Position numbers and translations under genes: made by a program
Shown here: positions 36,679 to 50,638 of the stretch, piece after piece
Layout: each line of letters begins with the position of its first letter
Position numbering within the stretch: position 1 is the stretch's first letter
The notes under the pieces: model-generated
Seen by the model: the letters and a program-made list of their open reading frames with translations, nothing else
Told to the model about the DNA's origin: nothing
Databases searched by the model: none
Assembly (NCBI GenBank): GCA_030265395.1
Contig: JARFYF010000029.1
Location: forward strand, 24,516,701 to 24,580,700
DNA length: 64,000 nt
DNA from: Rhina ancylostomus
Lineage: Eukaryota
Direction of reading: 5' to 3'

Positions 36679-39600
36679 GTCTGATGGTTTTGCTTTTATT
36701 CTAACTGTTGGGCTGTCTCAGTTTTTGCATTAAATGAATTATTGTATATTGATTGACAATGGGGATAAAAGGCTTTTTTTTGCAAGTATATAAATATATT
36801 AAAGCATGCAAGTATAATCTTGTGGAGTTCACTTGAATTATACAAGAAAGTGAGGCTGAAAATGTATGATGTTCCCCTTTTGTATGCTGTCATGGCTTTT
36901 GTGTAATTATCATGGTATTCTATCTGTACCAAAAAATCTTCCTAAATGAGAATGAATAATAAAATTCTGTGTTCAGTTTTGGCAAGAAATTGAGCCTGAA
37001 AAAGTAATGGTGATCAAAATTCACATGAATATCCCCACATAGTCCTTGTATACTTTTCTACTGATGCAAGTAGACTTCTTTCATAAATCATCCCATGTGA
37101 TGAGATTAACATTTACTAATGTGCAGCATTTTAAAATTTCTCCTGACCATATTAACAGAAAAGAAATAGCAATTCGTATGGGAAAGTTGGTCATATTACA
37201 GGAACACACCAATGTGCTCAACAGTAGTAAGGTACTTCATTTCTTTTTCTCACTTGACAATCTGGATTTTTTTTTAAAGTGGCAATAAAAGTAAAATGCT
37301 GATTGCACATTTGCAAAAAGAATTGAGAAGTAGAGCACATTGCTAAGCGAATAAGATTGGTAATTTGCATTGGCCTGGTGCAAATATGTTTTACAGCCTC
37401 AAAAAAAAATTGCAGTTAATGTCTTGTATGTCAAAATAGCATTTCCTTTCCCAAAGTTATTTGCAATTCTGATCAATGCATTATTATTACTCAAGTGGCA
37501 GTTTTATTTCTTGTGCCAATTTATAGGTGCAGTGTGCATGGGATAGCTAGTGCCATTATTTAGGCTTCTAGAAATTGATTTAAACAGCATAACGTACAAG
37601 CAGTGAAACAATCCAGATGGAACAGGTTCAGGATGATATAAGTTATCTGGTAAAAGGAACAGTAATTGAAGTTGTCACTACATGATCTGGTGGTGTGAAT
37701 GCCACAGGGATTGCTTATCATCTTGCTTAGTAGTTGTCCCTTTGCTGTACAAAAGCAAAATATTACATCTTGACAGCTCTCTTCTATTAGGGATTTTCTA
37801 CTTCCTTAATTCATTCATCTTATCAATTACTGTTTGGTACACTCCCCATGGAAAAAAATACATGAGTGGTTTTGAATGCTTACTTCAATTTTTGGCCTCA
37901 AAGTTTTTTTTGCAAATATAATATATCCTACTTCACAGTACATATTTCTCTCTTCCTGTTTACTTTCTGCAGTCTGAATCATCTAAGGTAAGGTTTCACA
38001 CCTATTATGATTAACAACAGTGCCTTCATAATGTATAGCCATTTGAATAATATGAACTAATATTTCAGAAATAATTATTTTTGTTAAATTGGTATATTTC
38101 AGCTCTGATGTATACCAGTAGCATCTTGCCAATTTCTCTACACGTGGACCCAGAAATTGCTTTTGATGTTCACCAAATAGTCAGCTGCCTGTTGTGTTTA
38201 TTGTAGCTTTTGAGTGCAGGTTTATGGTCAGACATCTAATCCAACATGGCGCTCTCCACAGGGTGCCAGTGGCCTCTGAGGGTAGGACAAGATATGGCAA
38301 GGTTTTCAAACCAATCAGATTGACGATTCCACACAATGATACATTGTCTAAATCATGAATGTTAAACCAGATTTAAATATTGTACAGAGGGCAAAATAAA
38401 AATTGGGAAGGGAAGATGGATTTTTTGTTTTAAATCTGGAACACAAATTGCAAAACACTGTTTATTACATTTATTTTCACAAATGTTTGGCAGTAATTAT
38501 GATAGCTCTCAGTATTATAATGGATTAGTGAGTAACTACAATAAATTCAAGCTGCTACATAGATTCCAGTGCTGCAGCTGTTAACAAGGCACTTTTCTCG
38601 TCTGGTCAAGTGGAAGGATAGTGTATGATGCACCAAAACTTCAGGTTTCCAATTTTCTGGAAGCTGTTGCCCAATTTAATCTTTATTGATGATAGGCACT
38701 ACTATTCCTTACAATATTCTCAATGCAAAATCTAGGCCTTGACCTTGAGTTTTTCTAGTTTTATCTGCTTTTGCTATTGTCACAAGTCCTTTATCTGATA
38801 TCATTGGATTTGGCATTGTAAATTTATAAAGAGAACTGTTGACATAATTTGCTTACACTGTCTATTGCTTATCCTATTGCTGCATTATTACTCAACTAGC
38901 ACATCATGTCTGAGACAAGCACAGATACCATTACAAAATGTCAGACTCTATTAAATGCATCTATCTTAATTCCTGATTGAAGTTGATCATGATATTTGTC
39001 TATTTAAACCATTCTGAGATGTATGTGCATGACTTGCTGTACCTAATTAGATATTATTTATTTAAGTATTGCTGTAAATGAGGGAGAAATAATAAGAAAA
39101 AATGTGGAAAGTGTGGCAAATAAATTTATCCTTCAACAGGGATTATAATAGCAGAGAAAAATTGAAATTGTCCAAATGAGTCATTAAATAAAATTGCTGT
39201 GTTCAACAACAGTTTTTTTAAAAAGGAGCTCCAATGGGATGGTAAACAAAGTGGTTAGTTTCCACAATTGAAAGAAATACTGTTAAGTAATTTATTTAAG
39301 GAAAACGAAGTCTCCCATATTTGACTGGTGGGAGCAGTGTATATTAAAACCTGATAGTCCAGTATTCGATAATTCAGAAATCGTGATGGTTCTGAATCTG
39401 GGTCCCTGTAAACTCACTGTCTTGTTTCCCATGCTCCCTTTAAACTTACTGGGTTNNNNNNNNNNNNNNNNNNNNNNNNNNNNNNNNNNNNNNNNNNNNN
39501 NNNNNNNNNNNNNNNNNNNNNNNNNNNNNNNNNNNNNNNNNNNNNNNGCATGCTGGATTTTGGGAGCTATGCTATAGTGAGTTTCCATAATAAGATATAG

Positions 39601-40035
39601 CCCTTTTTATGACCTCAATGAAGTCGCTGCATTTTATCTAAGGCAGAGGGAGTGATCGGGTACAGGTAGCTTCAGATAAGTAATGAGAGAGATAAATGAC
39701 ACTATAAAGAAGTGATTTAAAAACAAGACACTTAAGAGAGGAATAAAATGGGCAAACTTTTAAATTAAATTTTCATCATTAACACAGTGTTAACATTTGT
39801 AATTGACCTTAAGGAAAACTGTCCACATCTGTGGCATGCGTTTAACCTTTCCACTGTTAGTTGGTGTCAGGCATCAAATCCAGAGCCATGAAGTCTAACT
39901 GGCTGAGAAGCCCATTACATATTTAAAAAAAACTCACCCAGCAATCTAGGAAGAAAAAGTAATGTGTTAATTTAAGTGGCAAGAAAATAGCAGTTCATGT
40001 AAGTGTGACTTGTATTTTGTTTTGTCTGTTTTAAG

Positions 40036-40124
40036 ATACGTCTTGTATTGGAAGAAAAGATTTACTGAGCAACCAATAACAGACTTCTGTAGTGTAATAA
40101 GAACCAACTCCCAAGCTCCTGAGG
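40036..40124 (+). CDS. ZNF277: ZNF277 exon 3 (89 nt)
   Basis: ttaag|...G|gtaaga. Encodes YVLYWKKRFTEQPITDFCSVIRTNSQAPE. Not in the ORF track; read by hand. Confidence 0.96.
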
Positions 40125-40296
40125 GTAAGATGTTGTTTACTAAGGCGTAATTAATTCCCAATTTAAATTGAATTATGGATGGTTATGATAGATTACAAAT
40201 GTAGTGAACTAAGGGTGAAACGGGGATTAAAAATGTCAGATAAGAATTTTAAAATAAGTTTGCAAAGAATATTAACAGCTGATACTGTTTTAATAG

Positions 40297-40379
40297 AGGA
40301 GCAAGCAGACTACTACCTTCTATGTGATGTTTTACCTGAAGATCGAGTACTTAGAGAGCAGCTTCAGCAAAAAAGACTG
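40297..40379 (+). CDS. ZNF277: ZNF277 exon 4 (83 nt)
   Basis: taatag|...CTG|gtaagt. Encodes EEQADYYLLCDVLPEDRVLREQLQQKRL. The preceding intron is only 172 nt. Confidence 0.96.
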
Positions 40380-41379
40380 GTAAGTGATCATGACGAAAAA
40401 TGATTATCCATTCAGAGTTGTCAAAAATGTGGTTTAATTGACTGACATGTACAAACTGACAAGGACTTTAAAGGATCTTGTTGTAAACAGCTATTGATAA
40501 TGGTTTTAAGATTTAAGGTGTTTATTTCTTCTGGATAATGAGTTTAATCCAGCTGAGTACATCATTGTATTTCTTATTCTAATTTAAAACCTCTATTCTG
40601 TGTTTGTTGAGTTTGTTGAGAACATTTTGTACTTAAAGCGCAAGGTATGATGAGGCATTCAGAAATCTTTCAATGTCTTTTGGAAGTTAAAACCTCAAGT
40701 ATCTAAGTTCAATGTAACTTTCAGCATTATATGACTACCTTAGAGTCTTAAAATCTAGACATTCACAAAATATGGCAAGTTGGGCTGTGTTACAGCTATT
40801 ATTGAAATCAAAGACATTCAGAAAACAGAAAATCCTTGTCAGAATGAAAATGCATTGCTAGAATTCTATTAAAAGTAACCATTGAAACATACATTATGAG
40901 ATTCAACAGGATTTTGCAACAAATAGATTATGACTATTACTTTTTTTGTTTTAACTTGCTTAATGGGAAATCATTGTTTGTGATGTACAATATAGTTATG
41001 TGATTCAGACTAGCACCTAAAGTCCTTACAACAAAACTTGTATTCTTGAAGTACATTTCACTTTCCATCAGTACAATTATCAAAACAGGGCTGAGTCCAT
41101 GAACTATTATGGAGAATTCTTCCATATATGCCTGGATATAGTTCCCATTATACAGGTTATTCAATGATTTTTAATTAATCTGCCAGTCTGATTGAAATTT
41201 AAACAAGTTTATGCAAACAGAGTGGCCTATTTTTCTGAAGATTATCTGGGAGAGAAAAGAGATCTCAGTTTCAGCTCAAATCTGTGTTGATATTGGCTGG
41301 CAGTCTGATTTGGGGACAGGACAGTTGAGACAAATATACATGTCATTTGGATGGGGGGGGGGTTCAACTGTGAGTAAAT

Positions 41380-41572
41380 AAAAATCAAAAAGCTACAGAT
41401 GCTGGAAATCAATGAAAATAGAAAATGCAGATAGCATTCAACAAGTCAGACAGCATCTCTGAAAAGAGAAACAGAGTTAGATGAAGGTTCCTCAGCCTGA
41501 AATGTTAACTCTTCCTCTTACTACCGATGCTAACTTACCCATAGAGAGCTTCCAGCATTTTCTATTTCTGTC
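41380..41572. mobile_element. Second short fold-back Penelope-derived unit
   Basis: atagaaaatgcagatagc...cagcatctctgaaaagagaaacagagtt is inverted against aactcttcc...gatgct...ccagcattttctat. The centre reads gatgaaggttcctcagcctgaaatgtt. Confidence 0.7.
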
Positions 41573-43119
41573 AGCTGGGGTACCTGTTTGACCAGCATGT
41601 CACCTCCAGTTGTTTCGATTCAATTCTGTAGCCACCTGTATGAGGTGGCAAAGGATGGTTTGATTCTTTGCTCTCCCACTCCAGCATTCGTCATTGTCTT
41701 TGGCCAAAAAATAGAGAAATGTGCCAGCAATTGGAGAGATTAAATCTGACTTTTAGTAGACTTCGTTATTATCCTTTAGTGTCGTCTTGATAAAGAAACA
41801 ACCTATCATGATGTAAAGAAATTCCTTGGCTCAGTGAAAATGCTATAGGGAAAATGTGGTCAGAATCATAAAAGATAAAATGCAATGGTAAAAATTTAAA
41901 ATATAGTTTTTGAATAGATTGGAAAAAATGTTTCAGCCTCCATGGACACTACCAGGGAGTTAAAACCAAAATTATGCCCAAATCAGCAATTGAGGACTGT
42001 GGACCCGTTTAATACTGTTTGTCATGCATGCAGTTCGTGGACAACTGAATATAACCATCTATGTGCAAATCGTATCTGGAACTCTCTTCTTGACTTCCTT
42101 CTCCTGGTTCTTTCTTGTAGCTAACATCACTTCCCTACGTATCTGTCTTCAGTTAGTGACCTGTAAACTACAATCATTCCCTTTGCACAAAAGCTTATTC
42201 AATCCATCTGACCATCATGGTGCCCTCGGTGGCAAAGCGGACTTGACCAGGATGTGTCTACAGATAACCTTTAGAACAAGGAATGTGAAACAACTGATGA
42301 AGAACAAATTCCTCTGATTCACCCTAATGGATAGTGTTTGAGTTACCATGCTGAGACTGGGCTTGCAGCTAACCTTCACTACAGGGTTCTTTTAAAATAA
42401 CACTTATTCTATGTAGCTTGTGGAAAGGTGAAGACATCATTGCATAATGTCTAGAATTGCCTTCTCTCCAAATTCTGGCTTGGTTCAACAACTCTGAACT
42501 CAGCAAATGTGGAATCATTCCTTGGTTTTGTAGGTATTCATTAACTTAATTTAAAATATAAATATTTATTGAGTTAAGACTTTTACAAACATTCCATTTT
42601 AATGGTGCCTTTGACAACAAGTGGGCCTGTGGATAGTCAAAGCTGCTTTCTCATTGCAACCAGCTACATGTGCTGAATGAATCCTGCACTGATCTGAGCA
42701 CCAACTTCCCAGATGATTGAATCTAGAACCACAGTGAAAAGAAACATCATAGTCCAGGGCACAAGTGACAGATGATCTTGGGCAGTGCAAGATGTGTCTC
42801 ATCATTTATCCAAGCTATTTGAGAGGAATTTGTTTTTCACTTCAATTAATTCCCATTCCACTTTCTATAGGAGATCTGCAGACATGTCCTGATCAAGTGG
42901 TCTGCAGCACAAAGAGCACTGTGATGGGCAGATAGATTATACATGTTGTACAGAGATAGGGTGGTTACACCTTGCAAGTGTTATTACGACACAGGAGGAA
43001 GCTATTTTGCCAGTCAGATCTTTGCCAGTTCTCATGAGTCCTGTTTCCCCCTTCTGATTTTCCTGTAATTTTGAAACTTATTTTCTTCCTTGTCTCCATT
43101 ATGTTCTCTTTTATTCTTT

Positions 43120-43310
43120 CCCCACTTACCTGCACCAAGGGGTAATGTACAGTAGCCAATTAAAATAACAGTAAGTTAAAGAAAATCATTTGGGATGTGA
43201 GAGAAAACAGAACATGCAGCAGAATCTCAACCAGTCATCACAACAAAACCACTTGGGGTCAAGATCCAACCCAGGTCCCTGGAGATGTGGGGCAGCAGCA
43301 TTAACTGTTG
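43120..43310 (-). mobile_element. V-domain SINE
   Basis: tttgggatgtgagagaaaacagaacatg...aacccaggtccctggagatgtggggcagcagcattaac. Confidence 0.65.
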
Positions 43311-44594
43311 TGTTATAATTGAAAGCAGATGTGTAAGGGAGGAATATTGGGGAGGGAGGTGAGGTGCATGGCCACATGATTGAGATTGAGCTGTGTTGTG
43401 AATCTGCGGTGTTATCCCTAAACAATTTTTAATGTACTTTAATCTGCGTTTGTACGAAGAAACACTTGAAAGTAAGAAATGTATTAGGGAGTAATCAGTA
43501 GTTAATATTGTTGTCAAATATGCTGTTTGTTCTTTTGATATCAGGAGCTGAATAAGAATTCTATTTGACTTGTATCTATCTTGTCTATTTTTGCTCTGCC
43601 CGAGTTTTTGTTGAATGAATGTTTTTAAGGAATTTAAATAAAAGATGAAAAGTTCAAGGCAGTCAATAGTGAAATAGGATAATGTGCTTCAATTTGGACA
43701 ATGTTGGATTGGATCACTTTGGGATGATGTAGGATTGTGCCTATACTGGAGATGCACTTCTTGTCACCAAACGTCTTTACCAGATGATGTGCAGGATGTA
43801 TCCAATTGTTTTTCCATATGGTTATTTACGTTAATACTTGAAACTAAGTCACTGTTTCACTACTTGTAATTGAACTGATGTTTGGTCTGGAGTATACATA
43901 GAACCCTTTTAAACAAAATTATGACATAATTCTCCCTTAGTTTCAGCAGTGCTTCAGCTTCTGAAGAAAATATTGATTTACTGTAGGCATCACTGTAGCA
44001 GTTCAAATTTAGTCTATGGAAATGAAACCCCTTCAATGGAAAATCTGAAGAGTTTCACTAAAATACATCATTGCCAATAAATCTCACGTGTACAAGATTA
44101 ACCCCTGCCCCATCTCCATTTGGGGACTTCAAATTTAGGAGATCAGTAGGCCATTCTGAAAGTGGAAGTATTTACCCAAATCCTGTTTTTATGGTATTTC
44201 TACCTCTTTAGAAGCTTGGTCTTAATGAATATGTAAGCTTAGTAGTAATTATTTTTCATTTGTAATGCCCTCCTACATCTGCAGGTTTTCAAAAACACAA
44301 AATGGAAATCATTTTGTTGGGATATTCAGGAAAGTTGGATTCTAGTGCACTTTTTTTTTAAATAGAAAGTTCTATTCCTGTGAACTGTCCAAAATCCGAA
44401 TAGTTTGCAAGTTGGAAATACAGCCACAGTGTTCCCACCGAGCAGAAGATGCCTAAAGCCCTGTAGCAGCCAGCAAATCCATCGTGCCAGACTCCTGGAT
44501 GAAAAGTTCATTCATATGTCCTGGCTGTACATAAGTTGGTTGTTCATAAGCTAGGGAGGACCTGTAGTAATAAGTAAGAGTCAACATATAAGTG

Positions 44595-45500
44595 CTAATG
44601 GAGAGCAGCACAGAACAGGTCATTGGCCCATCTAGTCAATGCCAGCTTGTATAATCCACTTCAATCTTTTTTTCATCTAAATCTATCAGCACTGACCCTC
44701 TTCCCTTCTCCCTCCCACTTGTCCCCTTTAATACATATATACAATGTATTATGGTAGTGAGTTCCACCTTCCCATCAGTGTTTGGATGGAGTTTTTTCTT
44801 CTGAATTCCCTATCAGGTTTCTTGGTAACTATCTTGAATTGATGGCCTCTGGTTATGCTTTTTCCCACAAGTGGAAGCATTCTCTCTATTCACTCTATCA
44901 GAACTTCTTATTTTAAATACCTCTGTTAGGTCACCCTTCAACCACTTTTCTCAGGAGAAAAGAGACCCTGATTTCCATGCTTTCCTGATGTGTTTTATCT
45001 TTGCATTTCTGGTATTATTCTTGTCAATCTCTGCACTCTCTTGCCTGTAACTGTTCATCCGGTGCCTATCCTTTCCCAGGTACACATTAAAACAAAATAA
45101 TGATTTGCTATTTCTGCCATCTCCTAATCAATAACTGTGGTTTTGTTCTATCAATCCATTTATAGCCCTATTCCCACCCCATTGTTTATTGATATGTCTG
45201 CAAAACATTTTGCTGTTTGGTTTTATGTTCCATAAAATATAAATAGCGGATTGTAATTTCTGTTTAATCAAGAAAACTTCAAGCAAGTAAGCCATGCAGG
45301 CCAAAGAAGAGTTATTTAGATCAAGTGCATCTTTTTGTAGGCTATGGTAGACACTGCACTCATTGGGATATTTTCTTTTACATGTGATGAGGTTTTCGAT
45401 ATTCCCCACTTTTTAGGCAGTGTTTTTCAGATCCCCATGGTGATTTTTTTTTTGTTCCCTACTGAAATCTCCATCAGTCCTATTGCTTGTTGCCTTAAAT
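44595..45500 (-). mobile_element. Decayed CR1 fragments (3' end and mid-ORF2)
   Basis: cagcacagaacaggtcattggccc tail; ttttaaatacctctgttaggtcaccc; NIKPNSKMFCRHINK in ORF 45128-45409. Confidence 0.6.
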
Positions 45501-46029
45501 CCTTGGTGCTCTTATTAGAATTGATGAGTATTTAAAAAAAACACAACCATAACCCTCCAGCTGGAAACATTTCTAGAGATTTGACTGACTTTCTGACCAC
45601 ATGATATTTATCTCATAAGTGTTGGTTGCACTTCAACTTAAAGCTACTACATTTGGAGTTGGTTGTAGGAGTCATGTTAACATGTACAGGAACACATTAA
45701 GTTACTGATTCTTACACTTACATTTTAAAATGATACAAAAATGCAGCTTAAATTTAAAATGTAAACATAAGAATCAGTAACAGGTTTTTTTAACTATGAG
45801 ACATTCCAATGAGACATTGCAAAATAACAGTTTCTCAATAAAATTGTTTATGTCTAACACAGAATAACAGGAATTTCCTGTTATCCATTAGTTTTTGGAC
45901 CTGACGTTTGTGGTCTGATTTATAATCACATGCACCGATGTGGATAGGCAATGGAAATGTAAAAACATAACTCACAAAACATGAGTTTTTCATTAGTATC
46001 TTGAACTTTTCAAATACTATAAATAAAAT

Positions 46030-46430
46030 AAGGGAAGCATTTACTACTTTTATGGCATTGTCAGTGCCCTTTTCAGGATGTCCTAAAGCATTTTATGGCA
46101 AATGGAGTACTTATGGAACCTGGTAGTGTTATTATGTAGGAAACACAACAGCTAATTTGCACATGCAAGGACTAGGACCAGATCATTTGTTCTCGTGCAG
46201 TTAATTTAGGGATAAATATTGGCCGATAATGGGCATAACTTCCTTACTTTTCTTAGAAATGGTGCATGGGACTTTGGTGTCCACCTGAGAAAGCCAAAGC
46301 CAGTAAAGCCTCAGTATTATACTTGATTTTTAGCCTAGATTGTTATGCTCAATTTGTTTTGGTGAATGTTGAATGCCTGGCAACCTTTTCGTTCAAAGGT
46401 GAGAGTGGCACTTACTGCCCTACAGATGAC
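46030..46430 (-). mobile_element. Deu-domain SINE (SacSINE1-like)
   Basis: gggataaatattggcc...cttttcttagaaatggtgcatgggact..gtccacctgaga...agcctagattgttatgctcaa...aaaggtgagagtg. Confidence 0.75.
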
Positions 46431-47289
46431 ATAGCTGCATGTCCAAAAAGCAGGAATTTATGTAGTACCTTATGATACACCCAAGAGACGCTTGTTGCAA
46501 TGTACTTACTGCTGTTATTGTTATCAAGTGAACATAGCAGTTTTTCTACTAATTCTGATATTTCTATGAAATAGAAGGAGGCCCTTTGGCCCATCTAGTC
46601 TAGACCAATGTTCAGTGCAGTCCCTTCAAACCACTCCCCCCGCCAAAAAAATTCCTTTCCTATGTTTAAAAACTCTCTCGTTGGAAATAATTGAATGTTT
46701 ACAGGGTATGTAATGTGATCTGAGGGGGTCATTACTGGTCAGAGCAAACAGAACATCTTTGCTTTACTCTGAATTCTTCTATGGCCAAGCAACAATGTAT
46801 ATTTTGTATCTCATCAAGAAAAGTACTTCAGACAATGCTGCATCCTCTCTGAATTGAATTGAATAGAATTGAATTAGTGCTCGTGTACTGTGCTTTTGAA
46901 CAGTGGATCACGATCATTTTGATACGGGGGACAAAGGAACTGAGGATTGGATTACCAACAATGTAACCCTGTTTCTAAGCAGTGCCCACTTTTTTGTGTG
47001 GGATAGTTCAATATCCCCTAATTCTCTTTCATGACTCCGCTCTCTTAGAATGAAAATGTCAGGTGGGTTCAGCTAACTTATTTTTAATTATCTCTACTTA
47101 TTTTACCTTGGATCTACTGGTAACTGATGTGAGCATAATGATTGCAACTTTGCCATTTATGATGGCAAGGAGATTCTATTGGACTATTTAGTCATTGACA
47201 TTATCTTCAGAACTAAATCTTTCAACTTGGTTTGAATTTTAAACAAATGTGAACTGTAGTTATAAAGATTTGTAGTATCTAGTATAATG

Positions 47290-47422
47290 GAGATGTAAGA
47301 GACTGCAGATGCGGGAATCTGGAGCAACAGGCAAACAATCTGCCAGAAGAACTCAGCAGGTCGAGCAGCATCAGTGGGGCGGGGTGGGGGTTGGCGGAGT
47401 GGAAAGAATTGTCAATGTTTAA
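47290..47422 (-). repeat. Penelope-derived terminal repeat fragment
   Basis: agagactgcagatgcgggaatctggagcaac...aactcagcaggtcgagcagcatc is the reverse complement of the 28290-28384 type. Confidence 0.75.
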
Positions 47423-48979
47423 TATCTGGTTTAAGGTTGGCTGGCTTTTTCCACAAATCTAGATGGAAAATCCAAACCTGGCAATGCTATCTTATTCTAA
47501 TCTTGCGTTTACTAAGTTCCCTGTCAGAATCATTTTGGAGGTTGAAGAATAGTTCAAATATCCCTCCAGAACAAAGGCCTTCTTGACTCGTTTCCACGCC
47601 CACTCCTCACCTTAAATCTTGTAGATAGACTAATTGTACTTAATCATCTCATAGTGAGTATTCACACAGATGGTTCAGTTATTACCTGCTTCTCCCCAAT
47701 TTGCTATAACCCTTTACTTATTTTCTATTTGACCTTTGCTCAACATTTAATAGGGTTATCTACTCTGAGATCCACCTTCTCCTATATTCATATCCTTGTC
47801 TGTCCCCTAATTCCTCAACATGTGAACTTCAAAATGGCTCTCTGTAGGAACACCATTCTTCTTCCTTTCATTGGTTTGGTAAGCATCCTCCTCTGAAAGC
47901 ATAGCCTTCAACCTTTCATTTTCTTGAACTTTGGGAGGAATGTCAAGCCAAAATTATTTCCCTGTGTCAGGGATTAGATAAATTGGACTGCTTTTCACCA
48001 GAAATTAAAAGAAGCTCTAATTGAGCTGCATAAAATTATACAGTACTTTGACGAGATGCATGAATAACAGGCACTTCTTTAGTCTGCCTCTTCAAAGCAT
48101 ATATTTAAAGTCCATCTGAAGGAACATGTGTGACATTTTAACGTAATGCAGAGAAGTGTATTCGTGTAAAACCTTGCTAAGAACAGTGATAGAAGCAGGA
48201 TCCATAATTGTTCCTAAAAGATAAACATCTGAAAAATAAAATGTACAAAAAGTTATGAAGGAGGTTAGTGAAAGGGGCTAACTGAAATTGCTTTCAGAGA
48301 GCAAGGGAAATACAACCACCAAAATGTTGTTCAGGACTGCCCACTTAAAGGTTTAAAATCACCCTTTAGAGTCACAGAGAGCGATACAGGACGGAAACAA
48401 GCCCTTTGANNNNNNNNNNNNNNNNNNNNNNNNNNNNNNNNNGCTCCCCATTTACTCTAATACAATATTAATCCCTTTTTTTCTATATTTTTGAACATTT
48501 TATCAACCTCAAATTTTGCGTCTCCAGTAGTTCTATTTTAATCTCCTCAGTCCATTTTGATCACAGCTTGTTTGACCTTCTTGTCTTTTACTGTGCATTT
48601 TTTGCTTGGTTCCATTCTTTCCTGTTTAGACATAAAACCACCTGTGCTGACTCCTCTTGCTGCTTCTGCACTGTTGCCATTAGATGCCTTCCAAAGATCT
48701 ATTCTTGGCACCTTCCAATTTTTCTGCCCTTTGGCAACATCGTCTGAGAATAATACAAGATTTTATGTTACTCCTAGATTGATAGTGAACAATTCTTCCC
48801 ACCCATCACCATCTTTAATGTTAAATATCAATGTTATTGGACCATATCCAAGTATCAAGTTATCAGATCTTTTTCAAATTGAACATCTGAAAACCAAATC
48901 TATTTTACTTGGTTTTGTCAAATTAATTCAATACTAAATGAACTATTGTAATAACTTGTTGTGCCTGAAATCATTTTTT

Positions 48980-49540
48980 TTTTGTCCATGTATGTAGCAT
49001 TGTATATTCACACCATTGCCTCAGCCCACTACCATTAAAGTCCTTGTTTTCAATTTAAATTACTTCAGCCTCATCTTCTTGATTGATGATTTTCCAGGCT
49101 TCCAAGATTTCCAAGGATCTTCCAAGATTTGCAACTTATCTAAAACGCCTCCATGCAGTTATCTATCACTTTTATTCTCACTTTCTATTCGTTATTCATC
49201 ACTGTAACACTTTCACTGGTCTCTCCTGCCTTTCCCCACTGTATCCCTTCAATTTCCACCAGTCCAACTTTTGTTTCTGTTTTGTTTTGTCCTCTGATTC
49301 TGACCACCTTTGTCATCCACTACACAATTCCTGTCCTCCAAATAGCTTTCACCAATATCATGCCCAACGTTTGAAGATCTCATTGGAAACTAGCAACACC
49401 CCATCACCTCACTACTTCTCCTTCCATTCTTAAGAGCTTCTACAAAACTTAACTTTATCAAAATTGTGTCTTCCATCTTCATTCTATTGTTGTTTGATGC
49501 ATGTTTCTTATTTATGAATCACTAAGGGTCATTTCATATT
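48980..49540 (+). mobile_element. L2-like LINE 3' fragment, very decayed
   Basis: Pyrimidine-rich, with weak similarity to the L2 C-terminus and to 10250-10720. Confidence 0.4.
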
Positions 49541-49624
49541 TTAAAGCTATGTTGCGTTATTTTATATGCATTAGAGCTTTCTTGTCTGAGTACAGTTTAC
49601 TTATTTGGGTATTCTTTGCATAAA

Positions 49625-49800
49625 TACATGGCAGATACATTAGGGACATTTAAGAAGCTATTAGATAGCCCCCCATTTCTCTATCATTCGTGTGTCTGTG
49701 TGGGAGGGAAGGGTTAGATAGATCTTAGAGCAGGATAAAATGTCGGCACAACATTGTGGACCAAAGGGCCTGTACTGTGCTGTAATGTTTTATGCTCTAT
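49625..49800 (+). mobile_element. CR1-type 3' tail
   Basis: ggcagatacattagggacatttaagaagctattagatag...gtcggcacaacattgtggaccaaagggcctgtactgtgctgtaatgtt. Confidence 0.75.
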
Positions 49801-49939
49801 AATGTCACCTGTGAGGACATATGTTTTATTAAATAAGCATTCCATAAGCTAATTGACCTGATGGTCTTTGTTCAATGTTCTTAATAATAAAAATAGCACA
49901 GGCAGGATTGGTTTTCCTAACTCATTTCCTTTTTCACAG

Positions 49940-50031
49940 GAAGAGGTATTGGAACAGCAACAGCTGGAAAGAAATGACAGCAATTTTTATCGTATCTGTA
50001 TGTTTTGTAATGGAGAATTTGCAGGAAACAG
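49940..50031 (+). CDS. ZNF277: ZNF277 exon 5 (92 nt)
   Basis: ttcacag|...AG|gtctgt. Encodes EEVLEQQQLERNDSNFYRICMFCNGEFAGNR. Confidence 0.95.
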
Positions 50032-50356
50032 GTCTGTATTTTCTAAAGCATGTATGGTTTTATTTAGCCCAGAGGAAGATTCAGATGAACTTTACAAATT
50101 TTTATCATTGATAACATTTTTCAGCTAAGCTTTGAATTCAAAGTTATTAAGCTGCTTGCCACATGATATAATGAACTTGGTGCAATGCTATTGCGAGAAT
50201 TCTCAGTCCTAAACTATTCCCACATTTGTGTATAAATTACCACACGGTTCTAATTTGCTTTTCTCTTCATTAGAAATTCTCAACCTCAAATAGCCAGTCA
50301 GGTTCTGGGATTTCCTAACTCCTACCTCCCACCCCCTCCTCCTCCTCCTGTAATAT

Positions 50357-50638
50357 AGATAGATATCTTTATTAGTCACATGTACATCGAAACACACAGT
50401 GAAATACACCTTGTGCGTAGTGTGTTCTGGGGGCAGCCCACAAGTGTCGCCATGCTTCCGGCACCAACATATCATGCCCACAACTTCCTAACCTGTATGC
50501 CTTTGGAATGTGGGACGAAACCAGAGCACCAGGAAGAAACCCATGTGGACACAGGGAGAACGTACAAACTCCTTACAGACAGCAGCCGGAATTGAACCCA
50601 GGTCATTAGCACTGTAAAGCATTGGTGCTAACCACTAC
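50357..50638 (-). mobile_element. Young V-domain SINE, copy 1
   Basis: tgtgggacgaaaccagagcacc V-core and ggaattgaacccagg B-box. Closely similar along its length to 63057-63338. Confidence 0.85.
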
